DNA of 63,621 nt from Ginglymostoma cirratum (lineage: Eukaryota): the NCBI GenBank assembly GCA_024137785.1, contig JAHRHZ010000111.1, positions 34,731,830-34,795,450 on the forward strand. Reading direction: 5' to 3'. This document shows positions 41,220 to 53,380 of this stretch, piece after piece; position 1 is the stretch's first letter; each line of letters starts with the position of its first letter. A program made the translations under genes and the position numbers. The notes under the pieces are model-generated. The model worked only from the letters and a program-made list of their open reading frames with translations, did not search any database and was not told the DNA's origin.

Positions 41220-41495
41220 ATTATTGCCCAACAGAGTACAGTTAATCATTAGCTACACTGCTGTGGATTTGGAGTCACGTTGCACCAGACTGGACAAGGA
41301 CAGCAGATATACTTTTCTGAAAGATATTAACAAATCAGATTTTTTTAAATACTACTCAACCATTGGGCTAGCTTTTGGCTAGATTCTTGATTCTGAAATT
41401 GCCCTCCAGTTAATTCAAACAAACATTCCCAGAACATTAACCTGGATTCTGAATTACTAGCTCATTGCTAACAGGCCACCACTATACCAGGGCCT
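41220..41495 (-). mobile_element. Old copy of the tRNA-headed SINE
   Basis: Similar to 13935-14300 (tggagtcac, ccagac, agaacatta.cctgg). Confidence 0.55.
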
Positions 41496-43880
41496 TCACT
41501 CTCCTTTTTCATCAACCTCCTTTTCTCTCTCTCACTGCTGTCAGGAATGACCCTTGTTCTTGTAGACAAAGACCATTGATATTTGAAGAGGCATTTGAAC
41601 ATGCAGTGATTGACCAAAATAAATTTAAATCGTGAAATTCCGCAACGTAACGCAAACGAATTTTGCTGTACAAGAAACAAATATTATTAATATGTTTAAT
41701 ACTTATCCCTTTCATTGAAGCATCAAAGAAAATAGCCCCACTCTTCTCCTTTGACTTCCCCTCCCCAGAAAGTGTTAATTTATATTTTGAGTCAAAATGT
41801 TACAGCTCTCAGGTACTGACTTCAATTTCTCCAGGTATTCTGAGGAATGTAATTTCACAGAGATCCCTCGCTTAACTTTTGCCTAAGTCATCGTGCGACA
41901 CTTTTTATATCCTCAACTGAATTTGTCAACTAAAGTGTGGGCTGGACTGCTTTTGCTTGAGGCTTTAACCTCCAATCTCACTCCTACTTTCTGGTAGTCC
42001 GTTCTACGCTACAGTTGCTTTCCCACTTGTCACAGGTTTTTGCTTGCTGAACTCTGAGTTAAACCTTCTTTAAAAGGAGAAAATAATCCCACTGTAGTTT
42101 GTGCTAATTTTGGTACCCTGTACCTGAATCAATGTCTCTTTCCCTGGAATGTTGGGCATGCTTACCTCTTACTGTAAATGGAGATACAAAGCAATTCTGT
42201 GGAAGGTATGAATGATGCATGCACACTAATCTGACTCAAATACTAGAAACTGCAACAAATGCTGGCTAGTCAATGCCACCCATGCCCCACAAGTGAATAA
42301 AAAAAACACTTTCCTCCCTAGTATGATCTCTACATTTCTAGAAATTACTGGTGCTTTGGGGTTCTCCAACTCAGAAGGTCTTCAGGACAAATCCCATCAG
42401 TAACTTCCAAGCATTCCAACCAAGGCTGCACTTTGAACAATTCACATCTGTGTCAACAGGTCAGTTGAGATGTCTGTATTTTCATATTAATTAACTTTGC
42501 TCTTCAAAATCAAGTCCCTTGTGTCCCCCCAATGCATCTACATTCAGAATGTCCTTCTGTTCATTTGTTAACAAAACCCTCAGCCACTCGAGTGATTATT
42601 TAGATGACTGTATTTGGTATCACGGCCAAGGCAGAAATCTGTCCTCCCCATCAATCATGTTTCTGTCCCAGCTCTTGCAGCCACCACTTAAACGACCATG
42701 TTAAAAATATAACTTACAGTAACACATCAATGCCCTGACTCCACTCCTCTGGTTCTTATGCTGTTTAGAGTTCTTCACCATGTTTGTATTGCCTCTCACT
42801 TTAAAAGCCTTGTTTCCAATAAACTGCCTAAATACCACAGCAAGTTTCTCACTTGAATGTCGCTGTTTTCTGCTTCTTCCCCTGAATTCATTGCTCTCCC
42901 ATTCTTCCTAAATCTCTAAACGAACTCTCGTACCTGCATTCATAACCATACTTCTTTGGCCTCACTAACAATTACTGCACTGTCCTAGCCCTTGATGACA
43001 GTACCTATTACCATGAACAAGATATGTCAACATTGAGATAATCTCACTTTATCTTTTAGATATGTTCCATTCATTCTGTTCAGACATGCCATGTAACAAC
43101 TATGGAAGATGTAGAAATTGAACCCAGGTCTTTTGACCCACAAATTGGCTCACTACCATTGCATTAAAAGAGCCTTCACCCATCTTTTACACTTTTCACA
43201 AGTGGCATGGCAAGATTCCCATCAGGGAGTGGAGAGTTTCCAATTCACAAGGATTAGTGTTGTTAAGAATGTTGGCTCAACTTGCCTCATTAAACTTACA
43301 AAGCTGGCCATCAGGACATGAAACCAGGAGCAGATGTTTGGTAGAAGGTAAGAATCCTGAATCTCGTGACTCACCTCCAGACTCACTAAAGCCTGTCCAC
43401 CATCTACAAGGTACAAGTCAGGTGTGTGATGGAAGACTCCTCACATACTTGATTTTGGTATCAAATCCACAAATATCCACGCTGTCAATGGTACCAGTAA
43501 TGTACTATCCACAAGATGCCCTGTAGAAATTCACTGAGCTTCCTTAATCAACACCTTTCAAATCCCGTACCACCTGCAAGTTCCCCTGCAAGCCACTTGC
43601 CATCCTGACTTAAACATGTGTTACTATTCCTTTAATGTCGTTTGGTCAAATTCCTGCAATTGAGTGCCCAGCAGTATATGAGTGCCCAGCACCTATACCA
43701 AATGGACTACCATATTGAAATGTACAATTCTTAGGGAGCTTGAAAGATAGATGTGAAGGAGTTGTTCTCCCTTGTAGGGAAGGCTACGATTAAAGGGCAT
43801 AATCTCAGACCAAGGGGTTGCACATTTAAGACAAATGTGTAAGGATTTCTTCTCTAAGGATAGTGAAGCTGTAAAATTCT

Positions 43881-44990
43881 CCAAGTCTCCAAGCCTCCAA
43901 GCCTCCGCTTGGTTTTCCCGACGTAGAGGAGACCACATCGGGAACAGCGGATACAATATACCACTTTAGCAGATCTCCAGGTGAACATCTGTTTAATGTG
44001 GAAGGTTTTCTTGGGGCCTGGGATTGGGGGAGAGAGGAGGTGTAGGGGCAGGTGTAGCACTTCCTGAGGTTGCATGGAAAAGTTCCAGGGGTGGTAGGGC
44101 GAGTGGGGAGTGTGGAGCGGACATGGGAGTCAAGGGGAGAGCAGTCCCTCCAGAAGGCAGGCAAGAGTGGGGAGGGAAAAATGTCCTTGGTAGTGGGGTC
44201 AGATTGCAGGTGGCCGAAGTGTATTTCCTCAACGTACCACCCCACCAACCTCAGGATTCAACGCATCATCCTCCTATACTTCTGCCACCTGCAATCTGAC
44301 CCCACTACCAAGGACATTTTTTCTCCCCACTCTTCTCTGCCTCTGCTGTTCCCGATGTGGCCTCCTCTACATCGGGGAAACCAAGCGGAGGCTTGGAGAC
44401 CACTTTGTGGAACACCTACGCTCAGTTCGTGACAAACGACTGCACCTCCCAGTCGCGAACCACTTCAACACCCCTCCCACTCCTTGTACGACATGTCCAT
44501 CTTGGGCCTCCTCCATTGCCCCAACAATGCCACCCAAAGGTTGCAGGAACAGCACCTCATATTTCGCTTGGGAACCCTGCAGCCCAATGGTCTCAATGTG
44601 GACTTCACAAGCTTCAAAATCTCCCCTTCCCCAACTGCATCCCAAAACCAGCCCAGTTCGTTCCTGCCTCCTTGACCTGCCAGTCTTCCCTCAACTGACC
44701 AACCCCCATCCCAACTCCCCACCTACACTCACCTTTACTGGCTCCATCTCCGCTTCCTTGACCTGTCTGTCTTCTCTCCACCTATCTGCTTCTTTATCCA
44801 CCTTCTATCACCGCCTCCCCCTCTCTCGATTTATTTCAGAGTCCCCTGCCCCTCCCCCATTTCTGAAGAAGGGTCCAGACTCAAAACATCAGCTTTCCTG
44901 CTCCTCTGATGCTGCCTGGCCTGCTGTGTTCATCCAGCTCTACCCCTTGTTATCTCAGATTCTCCAGCATCGGCAGTTCCTACTATCTCT
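43881..44990. mobile_element. Neptune-type PLE 3' end with 5' inversion (minus arm ~43881-44224, plus arm ~44221-44990)
   Basis: Minus arm GTFPCNLRKCYTCPYT and VVYCIRCSRCGLLYVGKTKRRLG; plus arm LYIGETKRRLGDHFVEHLRSV..EQHLIFRLGTLQPNGLNVDF; terminal repeat with decayed hammerhead 44859-44893. Confidence 0.9.
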
Positions 44991-47900
44991 ATGTCAACAT
45001 TGAGATCATTTCACCTCATCTTTTGGATATGTTTCAATCAATCTATTCAGAGATGCCCACAACAGCTCGAGGGTAAGAACTGAACCCAGGTTGGGTCACT
45101 GCCACTGCATCAGCAGAACCCTCACCCATCTTGAATCAATGAATATTTAAATCATTGTTGAAAATGTTGCAGGGTTTACAATTTGCTTTCTAGGGCACAT
45201 AACAGTCGAAAGTTGCTTCACAAAAGGCAGCGTCAAACACAATGTGCTTGCCTCTACAGGGGGCAATGACAATGGGGAACAGAACTGTGCACATTTTAGA
45301 GAGCCTTAAAAAGTGTCTCATCTTATTAGTGGATAATTTCCCAAGTAACGTGGCGCGCAAGTGGAAGAATGATAAGGAGAGAATCTAAAATGGTGGCCGA
45401 GTTTGCAGGCATAGAAAGCAACAGCCCTACATCTGACAACTGGTGGGAAGTGCTGAGAGTGGAAATGCAGCTGCTGCTGTAGCTAGGTGGATGCAGATAA
45501 CTCCCATAACATGGCACTGGGCAATCTTCCTCACTCCGTTAACTAAAATATCGATCAGAATTGCAGAGGGTCTGCATTTGTAACAGAACCTGCTGGGTCA
45601 GTGGCAGAACCAAGAGGTGACAAAGGCATCCTGCTGTGAGTTTCAGTGATCTGTTTCTGTTAGTCAATTGATATGGCCAACAGGCAAGGTCACTGATGAT
45701 ACCGCACACAAGGGGCAGGACTTGATGGTATCCATTGATGACACCAGGACTGAGGGGCCACCAGCACAAGACCTGAATGTGTAGCCATGTCCAGCAGGAA
45801 GCCTGTAATGAATAAGAAGCCATCAGAAGGCTGACACAACCCACCATCTCCGGCTGAGACTACCTCACTCTTCAGCCAGCCTTTACCCAACCTCAGACCA
45901 AGTGAATCCTTTCTGCCTGAGACTGCATCTTACCAGTCACAGACACCATCGATCTGGCCAACCAGCCCACACTGAAACTGCTTGTGAGCATGGAGAGAGA
46001 GGCAGAGGAGGATGGGAGTCCTAGTTAGGTAAAGGTAGAGTAGTTATGACTTAGAGCCTGGGTGGAAAGGAATTGTTAACAGAAACTAGATAGGACCCTA
46101 TTCACAATCTTTGCCCTTCTGCCCATCACATTGTCCTTATTCTGACAACACAAATAAAAGCCAGCAGAAATTTATAAATTTCATCGTGTCACACTTTATT
46201 AAACAGCCTTCTGCACTCTCTAATATTCGTACAAGTTGCCATCTGCAATGTCGCATTTCTGGAGGAAGACCATAGAAGAAGACTGGACGTTGAGGGACAA
46301 CTTTGAGCTGTTCTCAGCATAAAAGGCTTGCTTCACATTGCCCCAGTTTCAGCTTGGGTTGGCAGGCTGATAGCACTGGTCGTAATCAACAATCATGTGA
46401 AGTAGCACTAACTTATTTTACTGCTCACAACATAGTGAACAGCCGTGGCTTAATTACATACTATGTTCCTGCAGCTGCTTTTAAGCCTAAAACAAATTTA
46501 CCTCCTCTATCCCCCTATTCCCAATTTGCCTACCACAGAGACCCTTCAGATGCATTCATGATCCTACAATATGGAACTGAATTTCTGGAAAGTTTAAAGC
46601 TTGTGAATTATTGTTGATGATGATAGCAAAAGCTTAAAGTGTTCTCTAACTTCCTTTTCATACTATTTTACTTATACTCTGAATGTCCACTTTTCATGAT
46701 CTATAAATAACATGGACCAATGCCTATGAAATGTTAAGGTTCATCCATTAGTAACGTCTAGCCTGATATGTTTCAAGCAATTTGTACAAAGTGCTTTCAA
46801 GCGGTGATTTTTAACTGAGTTTCTTTTGAAGACTTCACTATTGGAAATAATAATAAAATAAATATGCCCTCCGCAAAATGCTGCTGCTATGTAGATAATG
46901 ACAAGCAGCATTCACTAAATGCTCTGAGTACCAAGAACAGCATGACAAATAACAGTCATAAATTCCTGATTTGGAATGTGATCTCAAAGCTGTTCCTGAA
47001 GTCTTGAAATCTTTATTTGAGTGAAGAATTTTTTGTGAAGTGTATACGGACCATAGCACAGGTTGAATACACATGTGAAAGTTTTGTCAATTCTTTTGTG
47101 AAATCTTCTCTCTAGCTATGCAAAAGTCTAATCAGCAGTAACATGTTAAATAAAAAAAAATTCATGTGCAGTCAGGCTGCTGGGACAACTATCTTAAGAG
47201 AATCAGAATGAAGTAAATTTCTCAACAAAATGGCACAATATGAATAGTGTAGTAACTTCTGTCAAAGTGCATGGGGATTTTGGAGACAATCTATATAAAG
47301 CACTATGACTGCTTAGAGGTAACTGACTTAAAATTCTGCATGCACAGATGTCCATGATTCAAACACTTCGTAATCGGGGTTAATGTAAGTCTCATTTTTT
47401 GCACCGCCAGAATACTAATCAGAGCAGAATGTATTTGTTTTGGTTCATTGTCTGCTTTGGCTCCTGCTATCTGCTTCAGATTTTCTATTATCTTATTTAA
47501 TGAATCTTTTGTTTTGTGTGAAGTGTTGCAGACCTTTTAACATGAAAGCAGCACCACAGATTTTCAATTTATTCAGAAGGCAGCACGCATTGATGAAATT
47601 ACCATAGATCACTGAAAAATTAGGAGATTACCATTTCAGTTCGGCTGAATAAATATTGAATACTGCAGGAATAAGTAATAAATGCCTTTGTAACACCAAA
47701 GCTAATCTTTGCAATCCGCTTACAACATTCTATTTTATGGCCTTCTTGGGGAGCTCCATTTTGCTGCTCAGTGCAAATGACATTACACAAGCAATGAGGA
47801 ATCATAGATTCAGAAAGAAATATTTACTTCTCAACAAACGTATCCTAGATCATTATTATATTATAAACCTGGCATAATTTGTAAGATTTATAAAATCTAA

Positions 47901-48315
47901 TAAAGGTCAGTTTGTTTGCAATAAAAAGCAACCATGAAATAAATAAACCCAAAAACTTTCAGAGCTGTTTGTGAACTAGAGTTTCTGAGGTACCATTCCC
48001 ATTAAGTGTAAACACTTTCCATGGGAAGTGCAGCAGAACTTGTGGACAGATATCTCTCAGGTCTTAGTCATGTGTTACTTTCAGGTAGTGGTATGGAGGG
48101 TTTCCATTCATGGGCTATGGGGAATTTTCCTCATCCATATGCATCCAGGCTCCCTTGCACCCTTCTCGTTGAATCATGCAGTTGTAAAGGGGGAATTGCC
48201 TGCCACTGCTAGCACCTACTGGCACTGGTGCCATGTTTAAACCTCAGCAGCGCTCCAGTTCAAGTGCTACAATCTGGAGCACTGCCATTCAAAGTCTGCT
48301 GGTCATTATAGAGGA

Positions 48316-48560
48316 GATAGCAGAGAAAGGGAAGTCGACATGCTGGGAAGTCACGGACAGGATATGGAGGTGCTGTTGGCCAGGACTGGGGGAGACGACA
48401 GCTGTCTTCGTTCCTCTGGAAGACCAAAGGAGGCCATGGGAATAGATACTGCAAGCTTGGATTGAGATTGTCACCTAGATCAGTAATTTGTCCCTGATGG
48501 TAAGAAGCATGCATCAATGTCCAAAGAAGGTCAATGACCATCTGTAATCTGCAAAGGACA
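48316..48560 (+). pseudogene. Myb/SANT-like DNA-binding ORF remnant of a PIF/Harbinger element
   Basis: DMEVLL...AWIEIV*ISNLS..RSMHQCPKKVNDHL*SAK resembles the AWxEVAxxVS..RTxxQCRKKxNDL trihelix motif. Confidence 0.6.
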
Positions 48561-49514
48561 GTATTACCATCTTCTCTCTGCTACTTTGTTCACTGTAACT
48601 CCAGCCTTGGTGGGGGTGTGTGCAAAGGCATTGGTGTAGCCTCTCACTATTGCATGCAATATCTCCACTCAGCAGCTTGCGTCTATCTCATTCTCACAAA
48701 CTAACGAGTCTTCTTGCCACCTACACTTCCTACTCACTCACTCAGGAAGCCTCAACAGCCTTCCTGCTCCTGCATTGCCACTAAAAGCTCTTCCAGCCAC
48801 ATTCATCTCACTCTGTTCCTTTATTTCTGTGAGTGCTGTTGTAACTTGGAAAAGATCTCTGCAGCAATACCCAATTAGATCCCACCCTTGTATTTAGAAT
48901 TGCTCCCTTCACTGTCATTATCCACTCCACTTCTCAGTGTGATAGCTGAAATCCCCACATTTGATTTTCTCACTTTCCATGATACAACTATGACCTCTTC
49001 CCACCCTTCAACAACTCATCCTTGGCATCTACTGCAGAAACCTCCACGGCTCACGATGGGCAAAGCCCAGGCCTGAGATCCTACCATGGCCTTGATTGAA
49101 TGTGGTAGCATCTGCTGACTGACTGAAAGCCCTTTTGACTGGGGCAAGTACTCGTCTCCTTTGGCTTCAATCAGCTGGTCATGACCCATTCAGTCTGTTC
49201 ACTGTAGAAGCTGCTGGTCAGTAATGTAGATGACACATTGGTGTAGCACAGTGTCATACAGCAACATATCCATTCATTGATGTCAACCGTGACAAGCTGC
49301 CTGGCTTTCTGCCTGCACTAAGAAGCTAGGAAAACCCCAGAGATGCTGTGAGTTTCCAAGCAGGAGCCAAGTGACTGAGCACTAGGAAAGCAAACTAAGA
49401 CGCGTGAACTGCATCCCGTGTTGCTGCATGAAATGGGTGAGTCCCTGCACACATGTGAAATAGCAGGAGCACTGCAGTGAACTGTGTGGTGAACCCCAGT
49501 GATGAGTTATTCTG

Positions 49515-49641
49515 ACTTCACCTGACAAAGGAGTGGCGCTCTGAAAGCTTGTGTTTTTGTATAAACCTGTTGGACTATAACCTGATGTCATGTGACTTTT
49601 GACTTTGTCCACCTTAGTCCAAAACCAGCACCTCTACATCA
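49515..49641 (+). mobile_element. Solo terminal repeat of another PLE-type family with hammerhead motif at its 5' end (49519-49553)
   Basis: CAC CUGACAA A GGAGU GGC GCUCU GAAA GCUU GUG; helix I CAC/GUG, AGCU palindrome, G8 changed to A. Confidence 0.65.
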
Positions 49642-50408
49642 GATTTGAAGTTAGAAATTGTGGAATGAGAGGATCAGGGTTGGCTGTTAGGATCCCATCT
49701 TCAATAATTCAGGCCCATTGGTAGTCCCAATCTCAGTAATGACTCTTCTCATAAAGGCAAATACAGTCTTTCCCGTTTGGATCAGGCCGGTAGGCCTCTC
49801 TTTCCTTCTGCTCCATTCCTATTGTTTCCTAGTGTGTGCTAACCTCACCTGTAAGAGAGGGAAGTGTGTCAGTGAGGGCTGTGCCATCTGCATGATGCCA
49901 CTGTCATTACTGAATAGCTGGCAGTCTGTACCAACTGCTAGCTGTGACTGTTTTGTTTCTAGGTAAGCAATGTTGATTTTTGTTCCATGCATTCATGGAC
50001 TCTGGGAGACACTGGCTAGATAAAAATGGAGTTCAAATGCACACAGAAAACAGATAGGGAATGTAAGGTAGGCACAGTTCATCTACTTCAATTAAACGCA
50101 GATTAAACTTGAATCACAATACTAATGTATATTTTCAGGGAATTTCCAATTAACCCCTGTATCTCTATCAAATGTCCTCAGTATCATGTTTCTCATGAAT
50201 TCGAGGATCAAAGGAACATATATTCCTCTTCCATTATATTGGATAAGGTTGGATTTGAAAAGCTCAGCCCTCCATTTCACCTAAGAATCTTGATACTAGA
50301 AAGAAACATGTATTCAGGGTATGAGTGGAGTATTTGTGTTGAGTTAGTTTGTCATCGAATTCAAGTTGAGCATTTAGATTCTGAGCACGATATGAAGTCT
50401 GAGCTTAT

Positions 50409-50729
50409 GAACCTCCTACAGTGTGGAAGCAGGCCATTTAGCCCATCATGTCCACACTGACCTTCCTAAGAGCATCCCAACCAGACCCATTCCCCTACCC
50501 TATCCCTGTAACTTTGCAATGCCCATGGCTGGTCTACCTGGCCTGTACACCCCTGGAGACTATGGTCAATCCACCTAACGTGTACATCTTTGGACGGTGG
50601 GAGGAAACCAGAGAACCCAGAGGAAACCCACATGGACACAGGGTCACAGGGTTACCTGAGGGTGGAATTGAACCCGGGTCCTTGGTGCTGTAAAGATGAG
50701 GTGCTAACCGCTGAGCCACCATGCCACCC
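50409..50729 (-). mobile_element. HE1-type V-SINE
   Basis: Reverse complement gtggctcagcggttagcacc...ggacccgggttcaattccaccctc. Confidence 0.85.
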
Positions 50730-50799
50730 TTTTGTGATGCTGTTGTAGAGTTTCAGCTTCATTTAAGCATTGGAAATACAAATGACCACATAAGATTAT

Positions 50800-52525
50800 A
50801 GCAGGAGATGAGGGAGATACTACACAGGTATTTTGCATCAGTGTTTACTGTGGAGAAGGATACGCAAGACAGAGTATATGGGGAAATAAATAGCAACATG
50901 TTGAAAAATATCCATATTACCAAGGAGAGGTGATGGAGATCTTAAAAAGCATAAAGGTGGATATATCCCTGCGTCCTGATCAGGTGTACACTAGAACTCT
51001 GTGGGAAGCTGGGCAAGTGATATTTGGACCACTTGCTGAGATTTTTGTATTATTGATAATCATAGGTGAGGTGCCAGAAGCTTGGAGATAGCTAACATGG
51101 TGCCACTATTTAAGAAAGGTAGTGAGGAAAAGCCAGGGAACTATAGACCGGTGAGCCTGACACCAGTGGTGGGCAAGTTGTTGGAGGGGATTGAGAGGGA
51201 CAGGACTTATATGTATTTGAAAGCTAAGGGCTGAATTGGGATAGTCAACATGGCTTTGTGCGTAGGAAATTGTGTCTCACTGAATTGGTTGAGTTTTTTG
51301 AAGAAGTAACGAGAAGGATTGATGAGGGTAATGCAGTGATCTATATGGACTTCAGTAAAGCATTCGACAAGGTTCCTCATGGTTGACCAGTTAGCAAGGA
51401 TCACATAGAATATAGGGAGAACTAACCATTTGGATGCAGAACTGGCCCAAAGGTAGAAGATAGAGGGTGGTGGTGGAGGGTTGTTTTTCAGACTGGAGGC
51501 CTGTGACCAATGGTGTGCCACAAGGATCCCTGCTGGGTCCACTGCTTTTCATCATTTATACAAATGATTTGGATGTGAACATAGGAGGTATGGTTAGTAC
51601 ATCTGCTGATGACACCAAAATTGAAGGTGGAATGGACAGCAAAGAAGGTTACCTCAGAGTAAAACAGGATTTGATGCGATGGACCAATGAGCCGTGGTGT
51701 GGCAGGTGGAGTTTAATTTAGATAAATGTGAGGTGCTGCATTTTGGAAAAGCAAATCAGGGCAGGACTTGTATACTTAAGGGTAAGGCCCTGGGGTGTGT
51801 TGCTGAACAAAGAGAGATGGGGTACAGTTTCATTTTTCCTTGAAAGTGGAGCCACAGATAGATAGGTTAGTGAAGAAGGCATTTGGTATGCTTGCCTTTA
51901 TTGGTCAGTGCATTGAATATAGGAGTTGGGAGGTCATATTGCGGTTGTACAGGACATTGGTTAGGCCATGTTTGGAACACTGCGTACAAATCTGGTCTCC
52001 CTGCTAAGGGAAGAATGTTGTGAAACTTGAAATTGTTCAGAAAAGATTTAAAAGGATGTTGCCAGGGTTGGAGGGTTTGAGCTGTAGGGAGAGGCTGAAT
52101 AGGCTGGGGCTATTTTCCCTGATGTTTCAGAGGCTGAGGGGTGGCCTTATAGAGGTTTATATAATCATGAGGAGCATGGATAGGGTGAATAGACAAGGTC
52201 TTTTCCCCAGGGTGGAACAGTCTAAAACCAGAGAGCATAGGTTTAAAGTGATAGGGGAAAGATACAAAAGGGACCTAAGGGGCAACTTTTTCACGCAGGA
52301 GGTGGTGTGTATATGGAATGAGCTGCCAGACAAAGTGGCGAAGGCTGGTACAATTATAATATTTAAAAGGCATCTGGATGGGTATATGAATAGGAAGGGT
52401 TTAGAAGGATATGGGCCAAATGCTGGCAAATGGGACTAGATAAATGTCGGATACCTGGTTGGCATGGACAAGTTGAACCGAAGGGATTGTTTCTGTGCTG
52501 TACATCTCTATGTATCTATGACTCT
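50800..52525 (+). mobile_element. CR1 LINE 3' 1.7 kb (RT, C-terminus, tail), decayed
   Basis: NYRPVSLT, YMDFSKAFDKVPH, GVPQGSLLGPLLFIIY, ADDTK; ORF 52020..52439. Confidence 0.92.
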
Positions 52526-52889
52526 CAATCAAGGCATAGAATGCCATTTGACACATTGCATCCTAGCTTGCTCATTTGACAGACAATTTGTGCTTGGTCC
52601 CACATCCCTGCATTTTTGTTTGTAACTCTGTAAGCTCCAGTGCTTATCCAATTCCCTTTTAAAATTTATTTTTGAATCAATTTCCACCACCACCTCAATA
52701 TTCCAGATCTTGACAACATTCTCAGTGGGAAAAATAATCTTCTTCCTGACTGTGGTTTCTTCTTTAGACCGTTACACATTGAATAGAGGACCAGCTACTT
52801 CCTGATTGGGCCTAAAAATCACATCGAGAGATAGAAGTTCATTGGGATTTCTGGTGATAAGAAAAATTAACCTTAACCTTCTGGTAAGC

Positions 52890-53380
52890 TACAAAATATG
52901 ACCTATTTCCCTCTATTCTCTGCCTGTTCATCTGTCAGTCTAAGTATCCCTTATCAATGTCATCCTTCCTACTTCTACCATCTGTCCTGGCAGCATGTTC
53001 CAGGCACCTACCACCTTCAGTGTAACAAAATCTTCCTCACACATTTCCTTTAAACTTTTCCCCTCTCGTCTTAAGCCTATGGTCCCGGGTACTTGACATT
53101 TCTACCCTGGGAAAAAAACTCTGACTATCCTCCATATCCATGCCTCTCAATTTTATATGCTTCTCTCAGATTGGCCCTTAGCTTCCAATGCTCTAACAGA
53201 AACAATCCAAGTTTGTCGAGCATCTCCTTATAGCTAATACACTTCAACCCAGGCAACATCCTGATAAAGCTCTTTTGTACCCACTCCAAAGCCTCCAAAT
53301 CCTTCTAATAGTGTAGTGCTGGATGTGACTACAACACTCTATCTGAGGTCTAACCAATGATTTGTGAAGTTCAGACATAA
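52890..53380 (-). mobile_element. CR1 3' end remnant
   Basis: Reverse complement shows VALERVQK, MLPGL and WNMLP-like motifs. Confidence 0.65.

Noticed and set aside
44407-45003. 198-aa ORF, the longest in the window
   Set aside because: Out-of-frame read through a PLE 3' end and its low-complexity terminal repeat
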